From contig OZ242318.1 in assembly GCA_965208105.1 (NCBI GenBank), positions 4,672,001 through 4,736,000 on the forward strand: a stretch of DNA of 64,000 nucleotides, in the 5' to 3' direction. The notes under the pieces were generated by a model that saw nothing but the letters and a program-made list of their open reading frames with translations, was not told the DNA's origin and searched no databases. Every line of letters begins with the position of its first letter. Position 1 is the first letter of the stretch. Positions 1 to 9,493 of the stretch are shown in pieces. A program made the position numbers and the translations under genes. Source of the DNA: Candidatus Latescibacterota bacterium (GTDB taxonomy: Bacteria > Latescibacterota > UBA2968 > UBA8231).

Positions 1-562
1 GGCGCAGATGATCGACCGGGGATACGAGGACTTTGCCCGGCGCTGGAAACCAATACTCGACGAGTTCCAGAATCTCGACCTCAAATTCGCCCTTGAAGTG
101 CATCCCACCGAGATCGCCTTCGACATAGCTTCGGCCTCGCGCGCCATCGAAGCGCTCGATGGGCATCCTTGCTTTGGTTTCAACTACGACCCGAGCCACC
201 TGGGCTACCAGGGGGTCGACTACGTGGAGTTCATTCATCGCTTCGGCACGCGCATCTTTCACGTTCACATGAAAGATGTGGGCTGGTCTTCAGCTCCAAC
301 CGAGGCAGGGATTTTCGGCGGCCATACCGACTTCGGAGATCGCCGGCGCTTCTGGGATTTCCGCTCATTGGGCCGCGGCGGAATCGACTTTGAAGAGATC
401 ATCCGCGCCCTGAACCGCATCAACTACCGGGGACCGCTATCGGTGGAATGGGAAGACAGCGGCATGGACCGCGAACACGGTGCGGCGGAAGCCTGCGCCT
501 TCGTCAAGGAAGTCGATTTCGAGCCCTCCGCCGTTGCCTTCGACTCGGCCTTCGGCGACTGA
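1..562 (+). CDS. Sugar phosphate isomerase/epimerase (xylose isomerase-like TIM barrel), 5' end outside window
   Basis: Motifs FALEVHP, NYDPSH, HVHMKD, LSVEWED typical of the AP_endonuc_2 family. Confidence 0.85.
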   Translation, partial: AQMIDRGYEDFARRWKPILDEFQNLDLKFALEVHPTEIAFDIASASRAIEALDGHPCFGFNYDPSHLGYQGVDYVEFIHRFGTRIFHVHMKDVGWSSAPTEAGIFGGHTDFGDRRRFWDFRSLGRGGIDFEEIIRALNRINYRGPLSVEWEDSGMDREHGAAEACAFVKEVDFEPSAVAFDSAFGD

Positions 563-766
563 GCAAATTCAAAATTCTTCAAAAGGGCCCCTGCCCGCTG
601 ATTTCGCAAGCAGTTCGCCCGCTTGGCCATGGGTATTTCCGCCGCGGTGGACCCATGTTTCCCGGGAGCCGGGGTGGAGATCGGCAAGGATTGTCCTGCC
701 GCAGGAAATGCCCATTCGGCCCAGGGAACAAGCGTGCCATTTATCCCAATCGAAAGGAAAGCATCA

Positions 767-2332
767 ATGAGCCGCAACGCAGCCGTCTTCCTGGTGCTTC
801 TCAGCGGACTGATCGGATGGAACTGCAGCAGCGAACCGCGGAACGTGCTCGTTTTTGGACGGGGGTCCGATTCGGTGGGTTTGGATCCCGCCCTGGAAAA
901 CGACGGTGAATCCTTCAAGGTCTGCGACAATATCTACGAGACCCTGGTGGCTTACAAGGAAGAAAGCACGGCTGTGGAACCCCAGTTGGCCATATCCTGG
1001 GAAAGTTCGGAGGATGGTCTGACCTGGATCTTTCATCTGCGCACCGGGGTGCGTTTTCACGACGGAACCGCTTTCAATTCCGCGGCAATGCTTTTTTCCC
1101 TGGGCCGGCAGTTCTTCAAAGACCACCCCTTCCACGAGGTCGAGGGAACCTACAAGTATTGGAAGGACATGGGCATGGACGACATCGTCGCCGGTATGGA
1201 GGCGCCCGATGATTCGACCTTCGTCATTCGCCTGAACCAGCCCAATGCCCCTTTTCTGTCGAATCTGGCCATGAATTTCGCGGCCGCGGTCAGCCCCGCC
1301 GCCGTGCGTCGCTACGGAGACGATTATTTCAAGAACCCTGTGGGGACCGGACCGTTTCGCATGGTCGAATGGCGCAAGGACGAACGTATCGTCCTGGAAC
1401 GAAACGCGGACTACTGGGGGGCCAAGCCACACTTGGACCGGTTGATTTTCAAGCCCATACAGGACGCATCGGTGCGTTTCCTGGAGTTGAGCACGGGAGC
1501 CATCCACGGCCTCGACAACCTGAGCCCCGAGTTCCTCGAGGAGATTCGCCGCAATCCCGAGCTGAACCTCCTCACCCAGGCGGGCATGAACATCGGCTAT
1601 CTGGCGATGAACATGGATAGAGAGCCTTTTGACAATCACCTTGTCCGGCTGGCACTCAACCACGCCGTGGACAAGCAGTCCCTCGTGGACAACTTCTACC
1701 AGGGTCTGGCCTCACCGGCCAAGAACCCCATTCCCCCTACCCTGTGGGGATACGACGAGTCGGTCGAACCTTATCCCTACGATCCGGAAAGGGCGCGGGA
1801 ACTGCTCGCTCAGGCAGGCCATCCAGGAGGCTTTGAAACCGAGTTGTGGGCAATGCCGGTGCCGCGCCCCTACATGCCTCAGCCGGACAAAATAGCACAG
1901 GCAATCCAGGCGGACCTGGAATTGGTGGGGGTTCGCGCCCGCATCGTACAGTGGGAGTGGGGGACCTACCTGGACAAGGTCTTCAACGGCGAGCACCCCA
2001 TGGCCCTGCTGGGCTGGACCGGCGACAATGGCGATCCCGACAACTTCCTCTACGTCCTTCTGGACAAGACCGCCGCCGCAAAGCCGGCCCAGAACATCGC
2101 CTTCTACCGCAGCGACGAACTCCACGACATCCTGGTCCTGGCGCGCCGGACTTCAGACCAGGGGGAGCGCATCCGTCTCTATTCCGAAGCCCAGCAAATC
2201 ATCCACCGCGATGCTCCCTGGGTTCCCCTGGTGCACGCCACTCAGACGGCGGCATTTCAGAGGGAGGTCGAGGGATTCAAGCTGCACCCCACGGGAAGCA
2301 AGTGGTTCCACGGGGTGAAGTTTTCCAGGTAG
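767..2332 (+). CDS. dppA: Dipeptide/oligopeptide ABC transporter substrate-binding lipoprotein
   Basis: ATG 767 after GAAAGG; lipobox-like GWNC; SBP family 5 motifs LDPA, IYETLV, GVRFHDG, PVGTGPF, MPVPRPYMP, GWTGDNGDPDNFL. Confidence 0.9.
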   Translation: MSRNAAVFLVLLSGLIGWNCSSEPRNVLVFGRGSDSVGLDPALENDGESFKVCDNIYETLVAYKEESTAVEPQLAISWESSEDGLTWIFHLRTGVRFHDGTAFNSAAMLFSLGRQFFKDHPFHEVEGTYKYWKDMGMDDIVAGMEAPDDSTFVIRLNQPNAPFLSNLAMNFAAAVSPAAVRRYGDDYFKNPVGTGPFRMVEWRKDERIVLERNADYWGAKPHLDRLIFKPIQDASVRFLELSTGAIHGLDNLSPEFLEEIRRNPELNLLTQAGMNIGYLAMNMDREPFDNHLVRLALNHAVDKQSLVDNFYQGLASPAKNPIPPTLWGYDESVEPYPYDPERARELLAQAGHPGGFETELWAMPVPRPYMPQPDKIAQAIQADLELVGVRARIVQWEWGTYLDKVFNGEHPMALLGWTGDNGDPDNFLYVLLDKTAAAKPAQNIAFYRSDELHDILVLARRTSDQGERIRLYSEAQQIIHRDAPWVPLVHATQTAAFQREVEGFKLHPTGSKWFHGVKFSR

Positions 2333-2335
2333 TCG

Positions 2336-3343
2336 ATGTACGGCTTTGTTCTCAAGCGCCTGGCTTTGCTGGCGCCGACCCTTGTTGGCGTATCCCTTCT
2401 GGTCTTTCTGATGATTCACCTCGTGCCCGGCGATCCTGCCCAGGTCATGCTGGGAGAGCGCGCCAACGCAGAGACCCTGGCCGCCCTGCGCGCGGAGATG
2501 GGCCTGGACAGGCCCTTTCACGTGCAGTTCGGCCGCTTTTTCGGCAGTTTGCTCAAGGGTGATCTTGGCCGCTCCATCCGCACCCACGAAAAGATTTCGA
2601 CTGAACTCCTGCAGCGCTTTCCGGCCACTTGCGAACTCACCTTCGCCAGCATGATCCTCGCCGCCGCCGGAGGGATTATCGCCGGTCTTCTGGCGGCGGT
2701 TAGAAGGGCCCGCTTCCTGGACTACGCCAGCATGATTGTGGCCACGGCCGGCATTTCCATGCCCATTTTCTGGTTGGCGTTGATGTTGATCCTCCTGCTG
2801 GCTGTCTACTTGCCCCTCTTCCCGATCTCGGGTCGGCTGAGCCCCCACCTGCACGTGGTTCCACAGACCCATTTCTACCTCCTGGACGCTCTGCTCAGCG
2901 GCAATCTCCGGGCTTTCGGGGACGTCCTCTGGCACCTCGCCCTGCCCACGATCGCCTTGAGCACCGTGCCCATGGCCGTCATCGCCCGCATGACCCGGGC
3001 CAGCCTGCTCGAGGTCCTGGGAGAAGACTATATCCGGACCGCCTGGTCCAAGGGATTGGCAAAAAGGGCGGTTATCCTGCGCCACGCCGTCAAGAACGCT
3101 TTCATTCCCACGCTTACGGTAATCGCTCTCCAATCCGGCTATCTCCTGGGGGGGGCGATCATTACCGAAACCATTTTTTCCTGGCCGGGCCTGGGGCGCT
3201 GGCTCTTCCTGGCGGTGCAGGCCCGCGATTTCAGGGCGGTGCAGGGAGGGGTGCTCCTGCTGGCCACGGTTTTCGTCACGATCAATCTCCTCGCGGACGT
3301 GCTCTACGCCTGGCTCGATCCCAGGATCCGCTACGAAAAATAG
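2336..3343 (+). CDS. dppB: Peptide ABC transporter permease DppB/OppB
   Basis: LVPGDPA, GDLGRS, EAA-loop region EDYIRTAWSKGL, ETIFSWPGLG, DPRIR. Confidence 0.92.
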   Translation: MYGFVLKRLALLAPTLVGVSLLVFLMIHLVPGDPAQVMLGERANAETLAALRAEMGLDRPFHVQFGRFFGSLLKGDLGRSIRTHEKISTELLQRFPATCELTFASMILAAAGGIIAGLLAAVRRARFLDYASMIVATAGISMPIFWLALMLILLLAVYLPLFPISGRLSPHLHVVPQTHFYLLDALLSGNLRAFGDVLWHLALPTIALSTVPMAVIARMTRASLLEVLGEDYIRTAWSKGLAKRAVILRHAVKNAFIPTLTVIALQSGYLLGGAIITETIFSWPGLGRWLFLAVQARDFRAVQGGVLLLATVFVTINLLADVLYAWLDPRIRYEK

Positions 3344-3358
3344 GCGGCGAGTGGGACA

Positions 3359-4288
3359 CTATTCGATCCGCTGAATCAGATCAGGTGAAATTCCTCCGAA
3401 GAAATGTTCCTCCTTCACTCCCTCATTGACCGCAACGTCCTCGTATTCCAGGGAGATTTCCACCTCCTTCTGGCGGATCACGACGGTTCGGGGTAGATAG
3501 AGGGGCCCCACTCTCCGATAGTCCTGCATCAGGCGATTCCACCCGGGATGACTTCCGGATGGCTCGACCGCCTCGCGAATGAAGAAGCCCCGGTGGAGGT
3601 CGATCCAGACGCGGCGGGCGAGGTTGGCCCCGCGCAGCGGAACCACCGCCCGGCCTGCCCGGGGGTGCTCGATGGCCCGGCTCGAGTCGATGCGCCCGGG
3701 CTCGATCTGTCCCAGCAGTAGATACCTCAGATTGTATGGTCCCAGCTCCATTCCCGTCAGTTGGTGGAACAGGACCTGGGTCGATCCTTTCCAGTTCCCC
3801 TCCCTGCTGAGGACCGTCAACGAGTCCGCCTGCACCAGTGCGGTAAAAAGGTGAGTGTAGAGCGGGCCGCGAACTTCCATCCTCAGCAGGTCCGGCTGTG
3901 CCAGCAATATCGACATGGCTGCCCGCACCTGGCCCTCTTCCCGGCGAATGGTGATGCTCCCCCTGGCTTTGAGATCCGTGAGCGATTGCAGAGGATTCCG
4001 CGATAGGTTGACGAGTTCTTCGATCCCTTTGTCCGGCCGCCAATCCTGGCGCGACACCGGGGGAGGGGCGCAGCTGAGCGCGATCAACTGCAGCGAGAAG
4101 AAGGCCGATCCAAGAAGCTGGAATGTCCTCCGCCGCCGCCCTTCTGCGGGGGACCAGGGGGAATCGAGTGTTGGCCGGTTCTCCCCGTATGGGTTGGAGG
4201 GATGGAGTATGGCTTGATCCGTCAGCCGCCGTTCAGCTTTCGTGGTTTTCGCTATGATGGATTTCAGACCTGATTCGAGCCGCTGCAT
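3359..4288 (-). CDS. Outer-membrane lipoprotein, LolB/DUF4292-like (true start uncertain, probably downstream)
   Basis: Basic stretch RRRR, hydrophobic segment and lipobox ALSC; beta-rich body; lies directly after a TPR lipoprotein. Confidence 0.55.
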   Translation of the reverse strand: MQRLESGLKSIIAKTTKAERRLTDQAILHPSNPYGENRPTLDSPWSPAEGRRRRTFQLLGSAFFSLQLIALSCAPPPVSRQDWRPDKGIEELVNLSRNPLQSLTDLKARGSITIRREEGQVRAAMSILLAQPDLLRMEVRGPLYTHLFTALVQADSLTVLSREGNWKGSTQVLFHQLTGMELGPYNLRYLLLGQIEPGRIDSSRAIEHPRAGRAVVPLRGANLARRVWIDLHRGFFIREAVEPSGSHPGWNRLMQDYRRVGPLYLPRTVVIRQKEVEISLEYEDVAVNEGVKEEHFFGGISPDLIQRIE

Positions 4289-4298
4289 GCAGGGGAAA

Positions 4299-6248
4299 TC
4301 AAGGAAGAATGAGTTCCAGTTTGGTTTTCACGTCGTGATTGTCGGGAGCGAGCTCCAGGGCCCGGGTCCAGTGGGTTCTGGCCTCGTTGTCCTTGCCCAA
4401 AGCCTGGGCGACATCGCCGGCGTGGTCCAGGATGATCGCCTGATCCCCGGCCGCTTCAACGGTTGGATCGCCGCGGCCCAATATCTCCAGGGCGCGCCCC
4501 AGGTAGTGTTGAGCGTGATCCAGTTGCCCGAGGCGAAAGTAAGCCCAGCCAAGGCTGTCCAGAAAAGCGCTGTTTCCCGGATCCAGAGATACTGCCTTCG
4601 ACAACATCACCACGGCTTCTTCCAGGTGAATGCCCTTGTCGGCGTACATATACCCTAGATAATTCAGCGAATAGGCATCGTCGGGATCTGCTTCGAGCAA
4701 TCGCTCGAAGGTTTCGATCGCTCGGTCGAAGTAGGCTTCCCTGCCTGTCTGGCGCGCCGCCTGTTCGAAGCAGCTTCCCAAATAGAACAGTCTGTGGGTG
4801 TCCTCCGGGTCCAGATCGGTAGCCAGGATGAGCTTTTCAATTGCCTCTTCCCACAATTCCAACTTCTCCAGAGCCAGGCCCCAGTGCAGGTAGAGGTCGC
4901 CGTTGAGTGAGTCCAGTTTCACGGCGTTCCGGTACTGCAGGATTGCCTCCTCCCACTGTTGCCGGCGGCCCAGGACTATGCCCCTGCGCATGTGGAGTCC
5001 GGCATGGCCGGAATTCAACTCCAGAGCGCGGTCGTAGACGGCGATTGCCTCTGTCCAATTCTTCTGCTTTTCATGGGCGAATCCCCAGTAGAGATAGAAG
5101 TCAATCTCGTCGGGATGGACCTCGAGACCTCTGCGATAGATGTCGATTGCCCGCTCAAATCGGTCTGCCCTCTCCATGGCTGCACCCCAGAAAAGATATA
5201 TGCTGCTGCTGTCTGGCATGGCCGCCGCGGCTTCAGAGAGAATTTCGTTGGCGCGGTCGTATTCCTCCCGGACAATGAAATAGCGGGCGAGATCCAACCA
5301 TTCCTCGGCGGTGCCTGGCTGCATTTCGACTATATATTCGAAGACAGCGGCCGCCTCGGCATATCTCTGGGCTTCGGACAGCGCCAGTCCCAAACGGTAG
5401 AGAAAGCGGGGTCCCTCCTCGGCGAGAACGGTGTTCAGTTCCTCGCCCGCGGCGACCAGAACCGCCAGTTTGTGAAAGAAGACAGGGCTCTCGGGCAGAA
5501 TGCGGGCTGCCTGGCGGTAATACATCAATCCAGCTTCCCTTCGTCCTCCGGAGATCTGGACCGCAGCCATTCCCAACCATGCGCTTTCGATCTCGGGATG
5601 GGATTCGAGCACCCTCTCGAAAATATCTTCAGCCTTCTTGCGGTCACCGATGTGCAGATAGACATAGCCTATGTTTACCCTGACTCCGGGAGGGGCATCG
5701 TCCCTTTTCAAGACGGGCTCCAGCAGCGGAGATATGCGCCTGATCTGACCGGTCTTCAGGTAGAAATCGGTGAGGTGAAAGTAGAGTTGCCAGTTCGTCG
5801 GCTCGTACGGAAGCAGTCTCTCCAGCTCCCTGGCAGCTCGGTGTTCGTCCTCTCTATCCTGGAAGATCCGGAAAAGCAGATAGCGCAACTTGGTGCGGCC
5901 GGGATCGAGCTTCAGGGCCTTGCGGGCAAAAATTTCGGCCATCCGTCCATCGTCGATCTTTTCGTAGGCGAGGGCAAGCCGTTCGTGGATCGTCGGGGAA
6001 GAGGGATCGAGGTCGGCGGCGCTGCGCAAGGCCACGATCGCGCCGTGATAATTCTTCTGGGCTTCGAATACCTTGGCCTTGACGAAGTAGCGCGTGGCCT
6101 GCTTGCGCTGGACCTCGGCAGTATCCTCCTGGCGGTCGGGCCTCCATGGCAATGGACCTCCGCATCCCCAGGTGAGGAAAACAGCGCAGATGCCGGCGTG
6201 GAGAAGGGGAAGACAGCCGGTGAAATATTTCCATCCAACCGTGATCAA
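4299..6248 (-). CDS. Tetratricopeptide repeat lipoprotein
   Basis: TTG start overlapping the dppC stop (TTGA); lipobox LTWGC; many TPRs including LNYLGY..AD and AFLDSLGWAYFRLG. Confidence 0.85.
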   Translation of the reverse strand: MITVGWKYFTGCLPLLHAGICAVFLTWGCGGPLPWRPDRQEDTAEVQRKQATRYFVKAKVFEAQKNYHGAIVALRSAADLDPSSPTIHERLALAYEKIDDGRMAEIFARKALKLDPGRTKLRYLLFRIFQDREDEHRAARELERLLPYEPTNWQLYFHLTDFYLKTGQIRRISPLLEPVLKRDDAPPGVRVNIGYVYLHIGDRKKAEDIFERVLESHPEIESAWLGMAAVQISGGRREAGLMYYRQAARILPESPVFFHKLAVLVAAGEELNTVLAEEGPRFLYRLGLALSEAQRYAEAAAVFEYIVEMQPGTAEEWLDLARYFIVREEYDRANEILSEAAAAMPDSSSIYLFWGAAMERADRFERAIDIYRRGLEVHPDEIDFYLYWGFAHEKQKNWTEAIAVYDRALELNSGHAGLHMRRGIVLGRRQQWEEAILQYRNAVKLDSLNGDLYLHWGLALEKLELWEEAIEKLILATDLDPEDTHRLFYLGSCFEQAARQTGREAYFDRAIETFERLLEADPDDAYSLNYLGYMYADKGIHLEEAVVMLSKAVSLDPGNSAFLDSLGWAYFRLGQLDHAQHYLGRALEILGRGDPTVEAAGDQAIILDHAGDVAQALGKDNEARTHWTRALELAPDNHDVKTKLELILP

Positions 6249-7078
6249 AGGGCCGCCCTCCTGGGATCCAGGGCGTCCCGGAGTCCATCTCCCAGCAAGT
6301 TGAGGCCCAGGACCACGATGAAAATCGCCAATCCCGGGAAGGCCATCACCCATGGCGCCTTGAGCAGGAGTTCACGGCCTCCCGAGAGCATGGATCCCCA
6401 TTCGGGGGTTGGAGGCTGGGCGCCCAGCCCCAGGAAGCTGAGTCCGGCGGCGTCCAGTATGGCGGTTCCCAGGCTCAAGGTGGACTGCACGACGAGGGGC
6501 GCCGCACAATTGGGCAGCACATTGTGCCAGATGACGTGCAGGTCTCCAGCGCCGAGGGCCCGAGCTGCTTCGATATAGGCCTTCTCGCGGATGGACAGCA
6601 CCGTGGCGCGGACGAGGCGGGCGTACTGGGGCACCATGACAATGCTCACAGCCACCATGACGTTCTCGATTCCCGGCCCGATCATGGCCACTACGGCCAG
6701 GGCGAGAAGAATGCTGGGGAAGGCAAGCACCATGTCCATGAGCCTCATTACCGAAGCGTCGACCAGGCCGCCGCGGTAACCGGCAACCAGCCCCAGCATG
6801 GTGCCCACGGTCAAGGCGATGGAGATGGAGACCAGGCCTATCCGAAGTGAGATGCGCGCGCCGTAGATGATGCGGCTCAGGATGTCGCGACCGAAGTCGT
6901 CGGTGCCCAGAGGGTTGGCCAGCGAGGGTGTCTGCAGGCGCTGGTAGGGATGTTGTTCCAGCGGATGATGTGGAGCGAGAACAGGGGCAAGCACGGCCGC
7001 CATTACCAGTGCGAGCACAATCCCGGCCCCGAAAAGCGCGAGGCGGTGCCGCTTGAAATGGCGCAATAGATCGAGCAT
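6245..7078 (-). CDS. dppC: Peptide ABC transporter permease DppC/OppC
   Basis: LGTDDFGRDILSRIIYGARISL, YIEAARALGA, LSFLGLGAQPPTPEWG, GDGLRDALDPR. Confidence 0.92.
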   Translation of the reverse strand: MLDLLRHFKRHRLALFGAGIVLALVMAAVLAPVLAPHHPLEQHPYQRLQTPSLANPLGTDDFGRDILSRIIYGARISLRIGLVSISIALTVGTMLGLVAGYRGGLVDASVMRLMDMVLAFPSILLALAVVAMIGPGIENVMVAVSIVMVPQYARLVRATVLSIREKAYIEAARALGAGDLHVIWHNVLPNCAAPLVVQSTLSLGTAILDAAGLSFLGLGAQPPTPEWGSMLSGGRELLLKAPWVMAFPGLAIFIVVLGLNLLGDGLRDALDPRRAAL

Positions 7079-7418
7079 GGCCGTCAATGCTGTTTGTCCT
7101 CTACTGCCTCCACCTGTATCCCGCAATGGCTCAAGCACCAGGATTGTCCTCAAAACCACCAATCGGCGATTTTTCCTTGCGGGTCTTCGTGATCATGCGG
7201 ATAAACTCCCGGGTCCGATAGGGCAGAGATTCCCGGCACGGAGTTCACCGGAAATATAACCCCGGGGGAGACCAGCGCAAAAGACCCCTCTGTCCCTTCA
7301 GGTTCAGATTCTGGGGGACCCGACCCGCGGTTCCGGCCTTCCAGAGCCTTCGGTTGCCGGCCGCAGGTGCAATGCTTATCATTTGCCGGCCGCAAAGCCC
7401 GAAGGCCACCTATCGACT

Positions 7419-8753
7419 ATGCGCAAGTACCCGATCAGCGGCTGGGGTCTCTACCCGATTGTAAAAGCCTGCAAAAGCAAAGCCCGCTACTCACAGGACT
7501 TGGTCGACTTTGCCCTCGGGAAAAAGCCCATGCTGCCCCAGGGCAACTGCCGCAGCTACGGCGATGCCTGCCTCTTCGATCGAGTTGTTTCCACCCTTCC
7601 CCTGAACCACCTGCTCAGCTTCGACCCGACCACGGGAATTCTGTGCGCCGAAGCGGGCATTACCCTTGATGAAATCATCCGCTTTGCGCTTCCGCGCGGC
7701 TGGTTTCTACCTGTAACTCCCGGCACCAAGTTTCCCACTCTGGGAGGCTGCATCGCGGCGGATGTCCACGGAAAGAACCATCACGGGGAGGGGGCGATTT
7801 CCTCATTCGTCCTCCAATTGGATATGGTTCTGGCCGATGGTTCCCAAGTCCGCTGTTCGCCGCGAACCAACAGCGACCTGTTTCGCGCTACTCTGGGGGG
7901 TATGGGACTCACTGGTTTTATCTACGCGGTTGCGCTGCGCCTCAGGAAGGTCTCTTCGGCTTACATCCGGGTGAGATCCCTCAAGACCGCCAGCCTTGCC
8001 GAAACCTGCTCGGTTTTGGAAGAAACCGGAGCAGGCTATCTATACTCCGTAGCCTGGGTCGACTGCCTGTCAAGAGGAGGAAGGTCCGGGCGCGGCCTGG
8101 TCATTCTGGGCAATCATGCTCCTGCAGACGAGCTGGGCTCGAACACTCCCTTTCGTCTGCATTCTGCAGGAAAGCCCTTCCTGCCATTCCACCTTCCCCG
8201 GCTGGCGATCAATCGCTGGTCCGTGCGGATTTTCAACGCATTCTACTATCACAAGCAACTGCGCCGGAGCGGGGACGCCCTGGTACACTACGATCGCTTC
8301 TTTTTTCCCCTGGACGCCGTCGGCCACTGGAATCGAATCTATGGCCGCTGCGGCTTCCTCCAATACCAGTTCGTCGTTCCGCTTGCGGGCGGAGGTGAAA
8401 TCGTAAAGGAGATTCTGCGGTCAATCGCGACCAGCGGAATGGCTCCGTCACTCGCCGTGTTGAAAATTCTAGGGACCCGGCAAGGCGGCCTCCTGTCCTT
8501 TCCCATGCCGGGATACACGTTGGCCCTGGATTTCCAGGTCGGGGATGGAGCCATCATTCCCCGGCTGCGCGAGCTCGACGAGCTGGTCCTGCAGGCGGGC
8601 GGCCGCATCTACCTGGCCAAGGACGCCATTCTCCAAAGGCCGAACTTCGAAGCCATGTATCCGGGTCTGGAGGAGTTCAGGAGAATCAAGCGGCGGTACG
8701 ACCCCGAAAACCTTTTCCGCTCCCATCAATCGGAGCGCCTGGGTATATCGTGA
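7419..8753 (+). CDS. FAD-binding oxidoreductase, DprE1-like (polyprenylphosphoryl-ribose 2'-oxidase)
   Basis: SYGD, LPVTPGTKFPTLGGCIAADVHGKNHH, GFLQYQF, LAVLK, LSFPMPGYTLALDF, GGRIYLAKD. Confidence 0.85.
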   Translation: MRKYPISGWGLYPIVKACKSKARYSQDLVDFALGKKPMLPQGNCRSYGDACLFDRVVSTLPLNHLLSFDPTTGILCAEAGITLDEIIRFALPRGWFLPVTPGTKFPTLGGCIAADVHGKNHHGEGAISSFVLQLDMVLADGSQVRCSPRTNSDLFRATLGGMGLTGFIYAVALRLRKVSSAYIRVRSLKTASLAETCSVLEETGAGYLYSVAWVDCLSRGGRSGRGLVILGNHAPADELGSNTPFRLHSAGKPFLPFHLPRLAINRWSVRIFNAFYYHKQLRRSGDALVHYDRFFFPLDAVGHWNRIYGRCGFLQYQFVVPLAGGGEIVKEILRSIATSGMAPSLAVLKILGTRQGGLLSFPMPGYTLALDFQVGDGAIIPRLRELDELVLQAGGRIYLAKDAILQRPNFEAMYPGLEEFRRIKRRYDPENLFRSHQSERLGIS

Positions 8754-9493
8754 CCGGGCGTGCCCTGATCCTTGGTGCCAAATCGGCCATTGCCCGTGCA
8801 ATAGCCCGAGGCCTCAGCGAGGAGGGGTGGGACCTGATCCTGGCGGCGCGGGACGTGGATCGGCTCGAACCATTCGCCGCCGATATCAGGCTGCGCACGC
8901 AACGGCAGGCCGGCTTGGTCGAATTCGACGCTCTCGCGGACGCTTCGCTTTCCTCTCTGCCCGCCAGCCTGCAGCGGAACTTCGGCGAGTTCGACCTGGT
9001 GGTTCTGGCTTTCGGATACCTGGGCGATCAGCAAAGGGCCAGCGGGGATACAGCGGAGATCGAGAAGATTCTACGAACCAACTTCACCGCCGCGGCCGTC
9101 GTCCTCAGCCACTTCGCGAACCATCTCGTAGAGCGCGGCAGGCCCGGCGGCATAATTGCCGTCAGTTCGGTGGCAGGTGACCGGGGACGGCAGAGCAACT
9201 ACTTTTACGGCGCGGCCAAAGGCGCACTGTCGTTGTTCCTGCAGGGCCTGCGGAACAGGCTGGCTCGCACCCAGGTCCACGTGCTGACCGTTAAACCCGG
9301 CTTCGTCCATTCACCAATGACGGCCCATATGGAGGGCATGTTTCTGGTGGCTGAACCGGAAAGGGTGGCAGGGGATATCTTGAGAGCATACAAAAAGAGG
9401 CGGGACGTCCTCTACACTCCGTGGTACTGGCGCTACATAATGCTCCTGGTCAAGTGTATTCCCGAGTGCGTTTTCAAGCGTCTGCAGCTGTAA
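8750..9493 (+). CDS. Short-chain dehydrogenase, DprE2-like
   Basis: GAKSAIA Rossmann motif, SSVAGDRGRQSNYFYGAAK (YxxxK), VKPGFV; GTGA overlap with the DprE1-like gene. Confidence 0.85.
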   Translation: MTGRALILGAKSAIARAIARGLSEEGWDLILAARDVDRLEPFAADIRLRTQRQAGLVEFDALADASLSSLPASLQRNFGEFDLVVLAFGYLGDQQRASGDTAEIEKILRTNFTAAAVVLSHFANHLVERGRPGGIIAVSSVAGDRGRQSNYFYGAAKGALSLFLQGLRNRLARTQVHVLTVKPGFVHSPMTAHMEGMFLVAEPERVAGDILRAYKKRRDVLYTPWYWRYIMLLVKCIPECVFKRLQL

